64,000 nt of DNA from Sphingomonadales bacterium 39-57-19 (GTDB lineage Bacteria > Pseudomonadota > Alphaproteobacteria > Sphingomonadales > Sphingomonadaceae). Shown here one piece after another: positions 46,074 to 54,650 of this stretch. Numbering within the stretch: position 1 is the stretch's first letter; every line of letters starts with the position of its first letter. The stretch covers positions 12,254 to 76,253 of the forward strand of contig NCJG01000004.1 in NCBI GenBank assembly GCA_002282385.1. The letters run 5' to 3'. The position numbers and the translations under genes are program-made. A model generated the notes under the pieces. That model worked only from the letters and a program-made list of their open reading frames with translations, had not been told where the DNA came from and made no database searches.

Positions 46074-46165
46074 TTCGCTTGGGGTAACCCTCGTGGAATC
46101 GAAGAAAGCCGGAGGGGCGTATGCATGGTGCTGCGTCAGCGATCGGTAGGAACAAGGAAACGCCC
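46074..46165 (+). promoter_or_regulatory. Candidate rpsF leader (S6:S18 autoregulatory RNA)
   Basis: Promoter TTGCTT-N17-TAAGCG at 46039-46067. An unpaired CCG precedes a GGGCGT/ACGCCC stem that closes just before the ATG and encloses the SD. Not checked against Rfam. Confidence 0.35.
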
Positions 46166-46606
46166 ATGCCAATGTACGAGCATGTATTTTTGGCGCGTCA
46201 GGACCTTTCACAGGCCCAGGTTGATGCGCTGGCAGAAGTTGCCACCAAGATTGTGGAAGACAATAAAGGTAAGGTCGTAAAGACCGAAACCTGGGGTCTT
46301 CGCACACTGACTTACAAAATTCAGAAAAACCGCAAAGCGCATTTCGTAATGCTCGACATCGAAGCTAATGGCGACACCATCGCCGAGCTCGAGCGTCAGA
46401 CACGTATGAACGAAGACATCATTCGTTACATGACTGTTCGCGTTGACGCGCATGAAAAAGGCCCATCGGTCATGATGCGCAAGAGCGACCGTCCAGAGCG
46501 CAGCGAGCGCGGTGGATTCGGTGGCGGCGACCGTGATCGCGGTGCCCCACGTCCAGATCGTGGCGACCGTCCCGATCGCGCACCCCGTGCAGAGCAGGAG
46601 GCTTAA
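46166..46606 (+). CDS. rpsF: 30S ribosomal protein S6
   Basis: Motifs [20 protein letters not shown] and IIRYMTV; RG/DR-rich tail. Confidence 0.97.
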   Translation: MPMYEHVFLARQDLSQAQVDALAEVATKIVEDNKGKVVKTETWGLRTLTYKIQKNRKAHFVMLDIEANGDTIAELERQTRMNEDIIRYMTVRVDAHEKGPSVMMRKSDRPERSERGGFGGGDRDRGAPRPDRGDRPDRAPRAEQEA

Positions 46607-46609
46607 ATT

Positions 46610-46834
46610 ATGGCACGTCCGTTTTTCCGTCGCCGCAAGTCCTGCCCATTCCAGGGTAAAGATGCGCCGAAAATTGATTATAAAGATGTACGCCTGCTTC
46701 AGGGTTACATTTCAGAGCGTGGCAAGATTGTCCCATCACGCATCACCGCCGTTTCGGCAAAGAAGCAGCGTGAGCTGGGTCAAGCTATCAAGCGCGCCCG
46801 TCACATCGGCCTTCTGCCGTACATCGTGAAGTAA
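46610..46834 (+). CDS. rpsR: 30S ribosomal protein S18
   Basis: Motifs [14 protein letters not shown] and AIKRAR. Confidence 0.97.
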   Translation: MARPFFRRRKSCPFQGKDAPKIDYKDVRLLQGYISERGKIVPSRITAVSAKKQRELGQAIKRARHIGLLPYIVK

Positions 46835-46845
46835 GGAGCCGAAAC

Positions 46846-47523
46846 ATGGATATCATACTTCTCGAACGCGTTGAAAAGCTTGGTGCAATCGGTGACGTTG
46901 TCACTGTGAAGGACGGCTATGCCCGTAACTTCCTGTTGCCAAACAAAAAAGCGCTCCGTGCGAACGACGCAAACCGCAAGGTTTTCGAAGCCAATCGCGC
47001 GAAAATTGAAAGCGACAACGCAACCCGTCGTGACGAAGCGCAAAAGGCTTCTGGCGGCGTCGAAGGCAAGCAGATCGTTCTGATCCGTGCGGCTTCGCAA
47101 ACTGGCCAGCTTTATGGTTCGGTTTCGGTTAAGGACATCGTTGACGGTCTGGTCGCCCAGGACGCCAAGGTTGCCAAGTCGATGATCGTTCTCGAACGCC
47201 CCATCAAAACGCTCGGCGTATTTGACGTTAAGGTTGTTCTGCACCCCGAAGTTTCGGTTACTGTTCAGGTCAATGTGGCCCGTTCGGACGACGAAGCCGA
47301 GCTGCAGAAGGACGGCGTCAACGTTCTCGACCAGATGTTCGAAGCAGAACAGGCCGAGATCGCTGCTGAAGCCATTGAAGCGCAGGTTGAAGCCGAAGTT
47401 GCTGCCGATGCTGCGGATGCCGCTGAAGCCGCTGCAAACGCAAAGCGCCGCGAAGAGCAAGCTGCTGCCAAGGCTGCTGCTGAAGCTGCCGGTGGTTTGT
47501 CGGCCGAGGCTGACGAAGCGTAA
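46846..47523 (+). CDS. rplI: 50S ribosomal protein L9 with a long Ala/Glu tail
   Basis: Motifs VKDGYARNFL, LYGSV and IKTLG. Confidence 0.97.
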   Translation: MDIILLERVEKLGAIGDVVTVKDGYARNFLLPNKKALRANDANRKVFEANRAKIESDNATRRDEAQKASGGVEGKQIVLIRAASQTGQLYGSVSVKDIVDGLVAQDAKVAKSMIVLERPIKTLGVFDVKVVLHPEVSVTVQVNVARSDDEAELQKDGVNVLDQMFEAEQAEIAAEAIEAQVEAEVAADAADAAEAAANAKRREEQAAAKAAAEAAGGLSAEADEA

Positions 47524-47543
47524 GCTTTCGCACCTAAAAAAAC

Positions 47544-47580
47544 AAAAAGCCGCCCCGTCGCAAGACCGGGCGGCTTTTTT
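47544..47580 (+). terminator. Intrinsic terminator
   Basis: AAAAAGCCGCCC...GGGCGGCTTTTT stem with a GCAA-centred loop. Confidence 0.9.
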
Positions 47581-47609
47581 GTGCCATTTTCCCTATGCAT
47601 AACGCAATT

Positions 47610-47680
47610 CGTCATCCTGAACTTGTTTCAGGATAACGCACAACCGTCGCATGTTATCCTGAAACAAGTTCAGGATGACG
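47610..47680. repeat. REPIN-like doublet, perfect 28-bp inverted repeat
   Basis: CGTCATCCTGAACTTGTTTCAGGATAAC (47610-47637), 15-nt spacer, exact reverse complement at 47653-47680. Confidence 0.9.
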
Positions 47681-47718
47681 CGGCTAATATATGTCCATTC
47701 ACCTGCGAGGCATCGGTC

Positions 47719-48225
47719 GTGACCGCACCCATCATCATCACCGCCGAAATGGGCAAAGCGGATCAGGCATGGGCCAATGGCTTGCGGCGTGCGCATTATC
47801 CTGCCGACCGCAACATGGTCGATGCGCACATTACGCTGTTCCACCATTTGCCCCCGGGCCATATTGCCGAGGTCAAAGCCCGCTTGGCGGCCCTTGCGGC
47901 TGAATGCACTGCTCCGAAGGCCCGTTTAAGCGACCTTATGCAGATGGGCGGCGGTGTTGCCTATCGCGTCGAAAGCCCTGAACTCCTCTCGATTCGCGAT
48001 GCGCTGGCAGAAGCGTTTCGTGGACTACTCATTCCGCAGGACCAAGCGCGTCCACGGCTGCACATCACCGTCCAGAACAAGGTCGAACCCACTATTGCAA
48101 AAGCGCTGTATGAAACGCTTTCCAGCAATTTTCAGCCCCGATCCTTGTCGATTTATGGCCTCGCTGCTTATTATTATCGCGGCGGTCCGTGGGAACAGAT
48201 TGGCAGATGGGCATTTCGGGGCTGA
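47719..48225 (+). CDS. 2H phosphoesterase (2'-5' RNA ligase family)
   Basis: Two HxT motifs (AHITLF, LHITVQ); start placed at GTG 47719. Confidence 0.85.
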   Translation: MTAPIIITAEMGKADQAWANGLRRAHYPADRNMVDAHITLFHHLPPGHIAEVKARLAALAAECTAPKARLSDLMQMGGGVAYRVESPELLSIRDALAEAFRGLLIPQDQARPRLHITVQNKVEPTIAKALYETLSSNFQPRSLSIYGLAAYYYRGGPWEQIGRWAFRG

Positions 48226-48242
48226 ATAACGTTTCGCAGCCC

Positions 48243-48271
48243 TTGACCCATGCACCCCCCACGCTTATAGC
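48243..48271 (+). promoter_or_regulatory. Sigma70-type promoter for tRNA-Met
   Basis: TTGACC-N17-TATAGC followed by a GC-rich discriminator. Confidence 0.75.
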
Positions 48272-48312
48272 GCCGCGTGCTTCCCCGCAATCGCCGGGAT
48301 TCACGCTTGGAT

Positions 48313-48389
48313 GGCGAAGTAGCTCAGCTGGTTAGAGCGGTGGAATCATAATCCATAGGTCGGGGGTTCAAGTCCCTCCTTCGCTACCA
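48313..48389 (+). tRNA. tRNA-Met (CAT), elongator type
   Basis: Full cloverleaf GGCGAAG/CTTCGCT, D arm GCTC/GAGC, anticodon loop ATCATAA, TTCAAGT T-loop, encoded CCA. Confidence 0.93.
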
Positions 48390-48478
48390 TCCTCCCACAT
48401 ATACGATTGGCCAGACAATTGCAGCCACGGCTATCATGAGCTGTTGCCCGATGCCCACGCGAGGGCTAAGCTCGGGTT

Positions 48479-49180
48479 ATGAAGGATTGCTCTCAATGCG
48501 TTGTGCGTAACCGTGCAATTTGCGCCGGCCTCGAACCCGATGAACTTGATGCGCTGGGGCAGCTTGGTCGAAAGCAGCGCGTGACAAAGGGGCAGACGGT
48601 TGTTTGGGAAGGCGATGATTCGGTTGTGGTCGCCAACGTCATCGAAGGCGTCCTTAAAGTGTCCATGAGCATTTCGGATGGCCGCGAACAGATTGTCGGC
48701 CTTGTCTTCGCCTCTGATTTTATCGGCCGGCCCTTTGGTCAGCAAAGCCCCTACAGCGTCACTGCGCTCACAGATGCAGAATTATGCATATTTTCCCGTT
48801 CCACTTTTGACAGCTTCGCACGGCAGCATCCGGAACTGGAGCATAAGCTGCTGCGGCGTACGTTGACTGAACTTGATCGCGCCCATGAATGGATGTTGCT
48901 GTTGGGGAAGAAGACCGCGACGGAACGCATTGCGACCTTGCTGTTGGAAATGTCTGCGCGCCTTAGTGAGACTGGTTGTTCGGCGGACAAAAGTGCCTTG
49001 GATAGCTTTGAATTGCCGCTCGATCGCCAACAAATGGGTGATGTTCTTGGCTTAACCATTGAAACGGTCAGCCGGCAATTATCGCTGTTGAAAGCCGATG
49101 GTGTCATTAACTTGCCGGACCGCCGGACGGTGACGATTCAAGACCGTGCGCGGCTTCAGCATCTTTCCGCCGCCACATAA
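48479..49180 (+). CDS. fnrL: FnrL/FnrN-type oxygen-sensing Crp/Fnr regulator
   Basis: Cys at 4, 7, 15 and 103 (C-X2-C-X7-C-X87-C) and HTH ETVSR. Confidence 0.85.
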   Translation: MKDCSQCVVRNRAICAGLEPDELDALGQLGRKQRVTKGQTVVWEGDDSVVVANVIEGVLKVSMSISDGREQIVGLVFASDFIGRPFGQQSPYSVTALTDAELCIFSRSTFDSFARQHPELEHKLLRRTLTELDRAHEWMLLLGKKTATERIATLLLEMSARLSETGCSADKSALDSFELPLDRQQMGDVLGLTIETVSRQLSLLKADGVINLPDRRTVTIQDRARLQHLSAAT

Positions 49181-49187
49181 GGCGGCT

Positions 49188-49379
49188 TTAATCTTTGCCG
49201 TTATCTGCAGGGCCGCCGACAAGCACAAAATGCCGGTCGCAATAGCCGCAATCGACATAGCCTTTTTCATCAATCTGAAGCCAGACGCGGGGGTGCCCCA
49301 ATGCAGCAGGGATATCGCCGCTGCCGTCGCAAGCAACGCGCGGTTCACGGACTCGGATCGTTTCAGGATTGTTGTTCAT
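49188..49379 (-). CDS. zf-CHCC (NDUFS6-like) zinc-finger protein
   Basis: ACDG...GHPRVWL...CGYC pattern. Confidence 0.9.
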   Translation of the reverse strand: MNNNPETIRVREPRVACDGSGDIPAALGHPRVWLQIDEKGYVDCGYCDRHFVLVGGPADNGKD

Positions 49380-49602
49380 GCGCGGCGCGTAGCAAAACCG
49401 CTGCGGGGCTGCAACGGGTCAGAAATAATTGAGCGTGATCGACCAGTTTCCCGAATAGACACCGGGTGTTTGGTTTGCGGCAACATCAAGCGTGGCAATG
49501 GACAAGTAGCAGCATCAACGCATTGCGCGCATTTCATGGTACGCCGGCAATCTGTCATTTCCCGTGATTGCTTAGCAGGGCTGCGTTCGCTATCGCATGC
49601 AT

Positions 49603-50520
49603 ATGTCTGAACAAGCTATCTCGATCAAAAATCTCTCCAAAAAATATGCCGGCGGCAAACAGGCGCTGAACGATGTCAGTTTCGACGTCGCGCAGGGATC
49701 TATTTTCGGCCTTCTGGGGCCAAATGGTGCGGGCAAATCCACATTGATCAACATATTGGCCGGGATGGTGATGAAAAGCTCCGGCTCTGCATCGATCTGG
49801 GGTTTTGATATCGATGCCAACCCGCGCAATGCCAAGGCATCGATCGGCATTGTCCCGCAAGAAATCATGTTCGACCCCTTCTTTACGCCGAAGGAAGCGC
49901 TTGAGCTGCAGGCGGGCCTATATGGCGTGCCCAAGTCGAAGCGGCGGACGATGGAGCTGCTCAAGGCTGTCCGTTTGGAAGACAAGGCGGATGCCTATGC
50001 CCGGACTTTGTCGGGTGGTATGAAAAGACGGTTGCTGGTGGCCAAAGCCATGGTCCATTCGCCGCCTGTTATCGTGCTCGATGAGCCCACCGCTGGTGTC
50101 GATATCGAGCTGCGCCAACAATTGTGGGATTATGTGCTTGAACTGAACAAGCAGGGCGTGACCGTGGTGTTGACCACCCACTATCTCGAAGAAGCCGAAC
50201 AATTGTGTGATCGCATCGCCATCATCAACCATGGGCAGCTTATCGCCAACAAGCCAACGCGCGAGTTGGTCGGCATGGCGCGTGAGAAAGCCGTTGTTCT
50301 GACGCTGGATCGCGATGTCACCGCCGCGCCAACCCATGAGGCATTTGAAAAATCCGAATTGGTGAATGAGCGCACAATCGAGATTACGTATAACAAAGAC
50401 CGCATGAACGCGGGCGAAGTGTTGACGACCATTCAGGGGCTCGGCCTTGGGATATTGGACGTGACGACCAAGGAAGCGGACCTTGAAGACGTTTTCCTGC
50501 GTCTCACAAGCAGTGCATAA
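49603..50520 (+). CDS. ABC transporter ATP-binding protein (YadG-like), no adjacent permease
   Basis: Motifs GPNGAGKST, LSGGMKRR, LDEPTAG and TTHY. Confidence 0.93.
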   Translation: MSEQAISIKNLSKKYAGGKQALNDVSFDVAQGSIFGLLGPNGAGKSTLINILAGMVMKSSGSASIWGFDIDANPRNAKASIGIVPQEIMFDPFFTPKEALELQAGLYGVPKSKRRTMELLKAVRLEDKADAYARTLSGGMKRRLLVAKAMVHSPPVIVLDEPTAGVDIELRQQLWDYVLELNKQGVTVVLTTHYLEEAEQLCDRIAIINHGQLIANKPTRELVGMAREKAVVLTLDRDVTAAPTHEAFEKSELVNERTIEITYNKDRMNAGEVLTTIQGLGLGILDVTTKEADLEDVFLRLTSSA

Positions 50521-52095
50521 ATGGACGTCGATGTCCTCATTATCGGATCGGGCGCGGCGGGATTAACCGCGGCGCTGCAGCTCGCAACAAGCCGAAAAGT
50601 CGCCGTTTTGGCAAAGGGCGCGATATCCGATGGTGCGACAGCCTGGGCGCAGGGGGGCATCGCCGCGGTGCTTGAGCCCGGCGACAATTTCGAAAACCAT
50701 ATCGAAGATACAATGGTCGCGGGTGCCGGGCTGAACAACCGTGCGACCGTCGAATTTGTTGTCGAAAATGCGCCTGTTGCCATCGAACGGCTCGCGAAAT
50801 TGGGTGTGCCATTTAATCTTGAGGGCAATGACTGGCATTTGACACGTGAGGGCGGCCACAGCCACCGGCGCATCGTCCATGTCGATGACGCCACAGGATG
50901 GGCAGTGCAGCAGGCATTGGAAGCCGCCGCGAGAGCGCATCCCAATATCGTGCTGGTGCCCGATATGGTTGCCGTTGATTTGATATCGGGCCGCCATCAG
51001 GAACGGTTTTCAACATCAGGACGCGTCCATGGCGTCTACGCGCTCAACCGCAAGACGGGGCAGGTGGAAGCGTTCACTGCGCGGGCCACGATCTTGGCCA
51101 GTGGCGGCGCCGGACGCACCTATCTCTACTCCACTGCTCCACGCGGGGCGACGGGCGATGGCATTGCCATGGCGTGGCGCGCTGGCTGCCGCGTATCGAA
51201 TATGGAATTCATGCAATTCCACCCGACCTGCCTATACAATCTTGAGGTTAAAAACTTCCTCATTACTGAGGCGGTGCGCGGCGAGGGCGGCATACTGAAA
51301 AACCCCAAAACCGGGCATCGCTATATGCCCGATTATGACGAACGCGCTGAACTTGCGCCACGCGATATCGTCGCCCGCGCCAATGATGCGGAGATTAAGC
51401 GCGACGGGCTGGAATATGTCCACTTGGACATCAGCCACAAGCCAGCAGATTTTGTGAAGGCGCATTTTCCGAACATTTATGAAAAGCTAATGGGGCTTGG
51501 CATCGACATCACGCGCGAGCCCATTCCTGTGGTGCCAGCGCAGCATTATACCTGCGGCGGTGTTCTGGTTGATCTGGATGGCCGAACCGATGCGCCGGGG
51601 CTGTATGCGGCTGGCGAAGTGACGCAAAGCGGACTTCATGGTGCCAACCGCCTTGCGTCGAATTCACTGCTGGAATGCTTCGTCTTTGGTGACGCCTGTG
51701 CGCGCCATATTGATGCCCATTGGGATAGCCTGCCGCCACCGCCGCCCATCCGCGCATGGGATGAAAGCCGCGTGACCGACAGCGACGAAGAAGTTGTCAT
51801 TGCGCAATGCTGGCGCGAGATACGTCAGTTCATGTGGAACTTTGTAGGTATCGTCCGCACGACCAAGCGGCTGGAGCGCGCGCAGCACCGTATCGATTTG
51901 TTGCGCAGCGAAGTTGCCGATTATTACAGCCATTTCCGTGTGACGCCCGACCTGATTGAACTGCGCAACCTGGTCGAGGTCGCGGCGCTGATCATTCAGT
52001 CCGCTTTGTCACGGCATGAGAGCCGGGGGCTGCATTTCACGCTCGATTATCCCGAAACGCTAAAGGAGGCGGTTGATACCGTGTTGGTCCCATGA
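50521..52095 (+). CDS. nadB: L-aspartate oxidase
   Basis: Motifs GSGAAG, AQGGIA, EGGHS, QFHPT, ELAPRD, HYTCGG and LHGANRLASNSL. Confidence 0.97.
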   Translation: MDVDVLIIGSGAAGLTAALQLATSRKVAVLAKGAISDGATAWAQGGIAAVLEPGDNFENHIEDTMVAGAGLNNRATVEFVVENAPVAIERLAKLGVPFNLEGNDWHLTREGGHSHRRIVHVDDATGWAVQQALEAAARAHPNIVLVPDMVAVDLISGRHQERFSTSGRVHGVYALNRKTGQVEAFTARATILASGGAGRTYLYSTAPRGATGDGIAMAWRAGCRVSNMEFMQFHPTCLYNLEVKNFLITEAVRGEGGILKNPKTGHRYMPDYDERAELAPRDIVARANDAEIKRDGLEYVHLDISHKPADFVKAHFPNIYEKLMGLGIDITREPIPVVPAQHYTCGGVLVDLDGRTDAPGLYAAGEVTQSGLHGANRLASNSLLECFVFGDACARHIDAHWDSLPPPPPIRAWDESRVTDSDEEVVIAQCWREIRQFMWNFVGIVRTTKRLERAQHRIDLLRSEVADYYSHFRVTPDLIELRNLVEVAALIIQSALSRHESRGLHFTLDYPETLKEAVDTVLVP

Positions 52096-53288
52096 AAAAA
52101 CTACTCCCGCTTTTTGCCTTGGCCGCGCTCTCGCCGGCATATGCCGCAACCCCTGAAGAAACCGCGCGGGAGGTGCTGGCGAAATCCCCCATCATCGACG
52201 GACATAATGATACGCCGCACCAGATTGCGGAACTGTTCGATCGGGATTTCTCGAAATTCAACCTCTCGGCGCTGCCTGCCGATGTTCTTGCCAAAACGCA
52301 TACCGATATCCGCACCGCGCACGCCGGTTTCCTCGGCGGTCAGTTTTGGTCGGTATATGTCGATGCGGCACTGCCGAAGCATGAGGCGGTGACACGCACC
52401 ATCGCGCAGATTGACGTCGTGCGGCAAATGATCGCGCGCTATCCAGACAGCTTTGGCTATGCATCGACGGCCGCTGAGGTGGAGCGCGCGATGAAGGCAG
52501 GCAAGATCGCGTCGATGATTGGTATGGAAGGCGGGCATTCCATCGGTGACTCGCTTGAGATCCTGCGGCAAAGCTATGCGCTCGGCGCACGGTATATGAC
52601 CATCACGCACAGCCTGACGACCGATTGGGCCGACAGCGCGACCGATGCGCCAAAGCATGATGGGCTGTCGCCATTTGGTTTTGACGTGCTGGCGGAAATG
52701 AACCGGCTGGGGATGATTGTGGACATCAGCCATGTGTCCGAGGCAACGATGCATGACGTATTGGACAAAACGACCGCGCCGGTGCTGTTCACGCACAGCA
52801 GCGCCCGCGCCATCACACCACATCCACGTAACGTGCCCGATTCTGTGTTGAAGCGTTTGCCGCAAAATGGCGGTGTGGTCATGGTCACATTCGTCCCCGG
52901 CTTTACCTCGCCCGAACGCCGCCAATGGGAATTTGAACGGTCGGCAGTAGCAGGGCGTGCGAAAACGGAATTTTCCGGCAACCCTGTCGGCGAGAAAGCT
53001 ACCGTAGACGCATGGATTGCCGCAAACCCTCAGCCCAAAGCAACATTGGCGCAAGTCGCTGACCATATCGACCACATCCGCAAGGTTGCCGGTATTGACC
53101 ATATCGGCATTGGTGGCGACTTTGGCGGTGTCGATGAACTGCCCGTGGGATTGGAAAATGTATCGACCTATCCCGCTCTGTTCGCGGAACTGGTACGTCG
53201 TGGCTATTCGAAGAGCGATCTCGCCAAAATCGCCCAAGGCAACGCCCTACGCGTCATGCGCGGGGTCGAGAAGGCGGCGGGGAAATAA
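52092..53288 (+). CDS. M19 membrane/renal dipeptidase family protein, exported
   Basis: Signal peptide; motifs IDGHND, GMEGGH, DISH and GIGGDF. Confidence 0.92.
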   Translation: MKKLLPLFALAALSPAYAATPEETAREVLAKSPIIDGHNDTPHQIAELFDRDFSKFNLSALPADVLAKTHTDIRTAHAGFLGGQFWSVYVDAALPKHEAVTRTIAQIDVVRQMIARYPDSFGYASTAAEVERAMKAGKIASMIGMEGGHSIGDSLEILRQSYALGARYMTITHSLTTDWADSATDAPKHDGLSPFGFDVLAEMNRLGMIVDISHVSEATMHDVLDKTTAPVLFTHSSARAITPHPRNVPDSVLKRLPQNGGVVMVTFVPGFTSPERRQWEFERSAVAGRAKTEFSGNPVGEKATVDAWIAANPQPKATLAQVADHIDHIRKVAGIDHIGIGGDFGGVDELPVGLENVSTYPALFAELVRRGYSKSDLAKIAQGNALRVMRGVEKAAGK

Positions 53289-53289
53289 T

Positions 53290-53404
53290 CTCACACAAAG
53301 ACACAAAGGCACCAAGAAGAAGATTATGAACCGCCTTGAGGAACTCGCGACCGAAGCGATCGCTCTTTGTAGATTTTCTTCGTGCCTTTGTGCCTTCGTG
53401 TGAG
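53290..53404 (+). mobile_element. Miniature inverted-repeat element with a truncated ORF stub (possible GxxExxY element relic)
   Basis: 31-nt arms (27/31 complementary) built from about three CACAAAGG-like 8-mers; internal ATG 53326 reads MNRLEELATEAIA. Confidence 0.6.
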
Positions 53405-53411
53405 CCCTCTT

Positions 53412-54611
53412 TTAAAAGCCCTCGGACAAATATCGCTCGGCTATTGCGGCGTGGAGGGCGGCGCCGCGGGCCATGACGCTGTCGTCTAGGACCATGCGGT
53501 TGGAATGCAGGCCGCAGCAGGATCGCCAGTCGTCGCCCTCATGTGACGCGCCCAAGAAGAACATTGCGCCGGGCACCTTCTCAAGGACATAGGCGAAGTC
53601 TTCGGCGCCCATGATCGGCGTGTCGAGCGTCAGCCAGCTTTCGGCGCCAAACATATCTTCAACCGCGGCTTTACCGAATTGAACCGCACGGTCGTCGCAG
53701 ACGGTGACAGGGAAGCCTTGTTCGATGTGGACTTCCGCGCTGCAACCATGGGCAGCGGCGATGCCGGGGGCGAGACGATGCAGCTCGTCGGCTACGCGGG
53801 CGCGTGATTGCGGCGACAGGGTCCGGATAGTGCCCAAAAGATGCGCGGTTTCCGGAATGATGTTGTTGGTCGTGCCTGCCGCGATTTTGGCAATGGTGAT
53901 GACCGCAGGGTTAAACACGGAAATCTTGCGCGTCACCATCGCCTGGATGGCCGATACGATTTCGCAGGCAACGGGAATGGGATCAACGGCGTCATGCGGC
54001 ATCGACGCGTGTCCGCCCGCGCCCTTGACGGTAATATTCAGGATGTCGGATGAAGCCAATAATGGTCCGCTTCGCCCGCTAAACACGCCGCGCGGGGCGT
54101 TGGGCATGATGTGCAAGGCAAAGGCCGCATCGGGCAGCGGATCAATCAAGCCGTCGTCGAGCATATAGCGCGCGCCATGATGGCCTTCTTCGCCGGGCTG
54201 GAACATGAATTGGACGGTGCCCGCCAGCTGATCGCGTTTGGCGCATAGCATCTTGGCCGCACCCACAAGCATCGCGACATGGGTATCATGCCCGCACGCA
54301 TGCATCGCGCCTTCGGTCAGCGAGCTATATTCAAGGCCCGTATCTTCATGGAGCGGTAACGCGTCCATATCGCCACGTAGGAGCACCGTACGGCCATTGG
54401 CAGGGCCTTTCAGGGTCGCGATGAGCCCCGTGGTCGATGGCCCTTCACGCAGCTCCAGCGGCAGGCCAGCAAGCGCGGCCTTGATTTTTGCCAATGTCTT
54501 GGGGTTTTGCAGGCCAAGCTCAGGCTCGGCATGGATGGCGCGGCGCAGCGCAATCAGGTCGGGCAGGATGTCTTCGGCGTCGTCGCGCCAGTCAGTGCTT
54601 ATTAAGTCCAT
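53412..54611 (-). CDS. M20D amidohydrolase (hippurate hydrolase-like)
   Basis: Motifs RGDMDAL, MHACGHD, QPGEEG, GAEDF and LH. Confidence 0.93.
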   Translation of the reverse strand: MDLISTDWRDDAEDILPDLIALRRAIHAEPELGLQNPKTLAKIKAALAGLPLELREGPSTTGLIATLKGPANGRTVLLRGDMDALPLHEDTGLEYSSLTEGAMHACGHDTHVAMLVGAAKMLCAKRDQLAGTVQFMFQPGEEGHHGARYMLDDGLIDPLPDAAFALHIMPNAPRGVFSGRSGPLLASSDILNITVKGAGGHASMPHDAVDPIPVACEIVSAIQAMVTRKISVFNPAVITIAKIAAGTTNNIIPETAHLLGTIRTLSPQSRARVADELHRLAPGIAAAHGCSAEVHIEQGFPVTVCDDRAVQFGKAAVEDMFGAESWLTLDTPIMGAEDFAYVLEKVPGAMFFLGASHEGDDWRSCCGLHSNRMVLDDSVMARGAALHAAIAERYLSEGF

Positions 54612-54650
54612 AGCTTAACTAGCACCACCCTGGCGCGCCCGACAACTGCC

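Noticed and set aside
47581-47718. N-terminal extension of the 2H phosphoesterase
   Set aside because: The extension (VILNLFQD...ILKQVQDD) is just the REP doublet read in frame. An in-frame domesticated insertion cannot be excluded without proteomics.
48313-48389. Initiator tRNA-fMet or tRNA-Ile2; also an integration site
   Set aside because: No GGG/CCC anticodon stem, no C1 mismatch, and no C4-G69/C5-G68 TilS determinants. I saw no duplicated 3' end or integrase in the window.
52101-53237. Long antisense ORFs (also 6931-7737, 9990-10832, 11039-11893, 25939-26811, 40168-41004)
   Set aside because: They shadow well-supported genes on the opposite strand, have no recognisable motifs, and are expected in GC-rich coding DNA.
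53290-53404. CRISPR or mini-array
   Set aside because: The repeats are tandem 8-mers in inverted arms with no spacers, and there are no cas genes.
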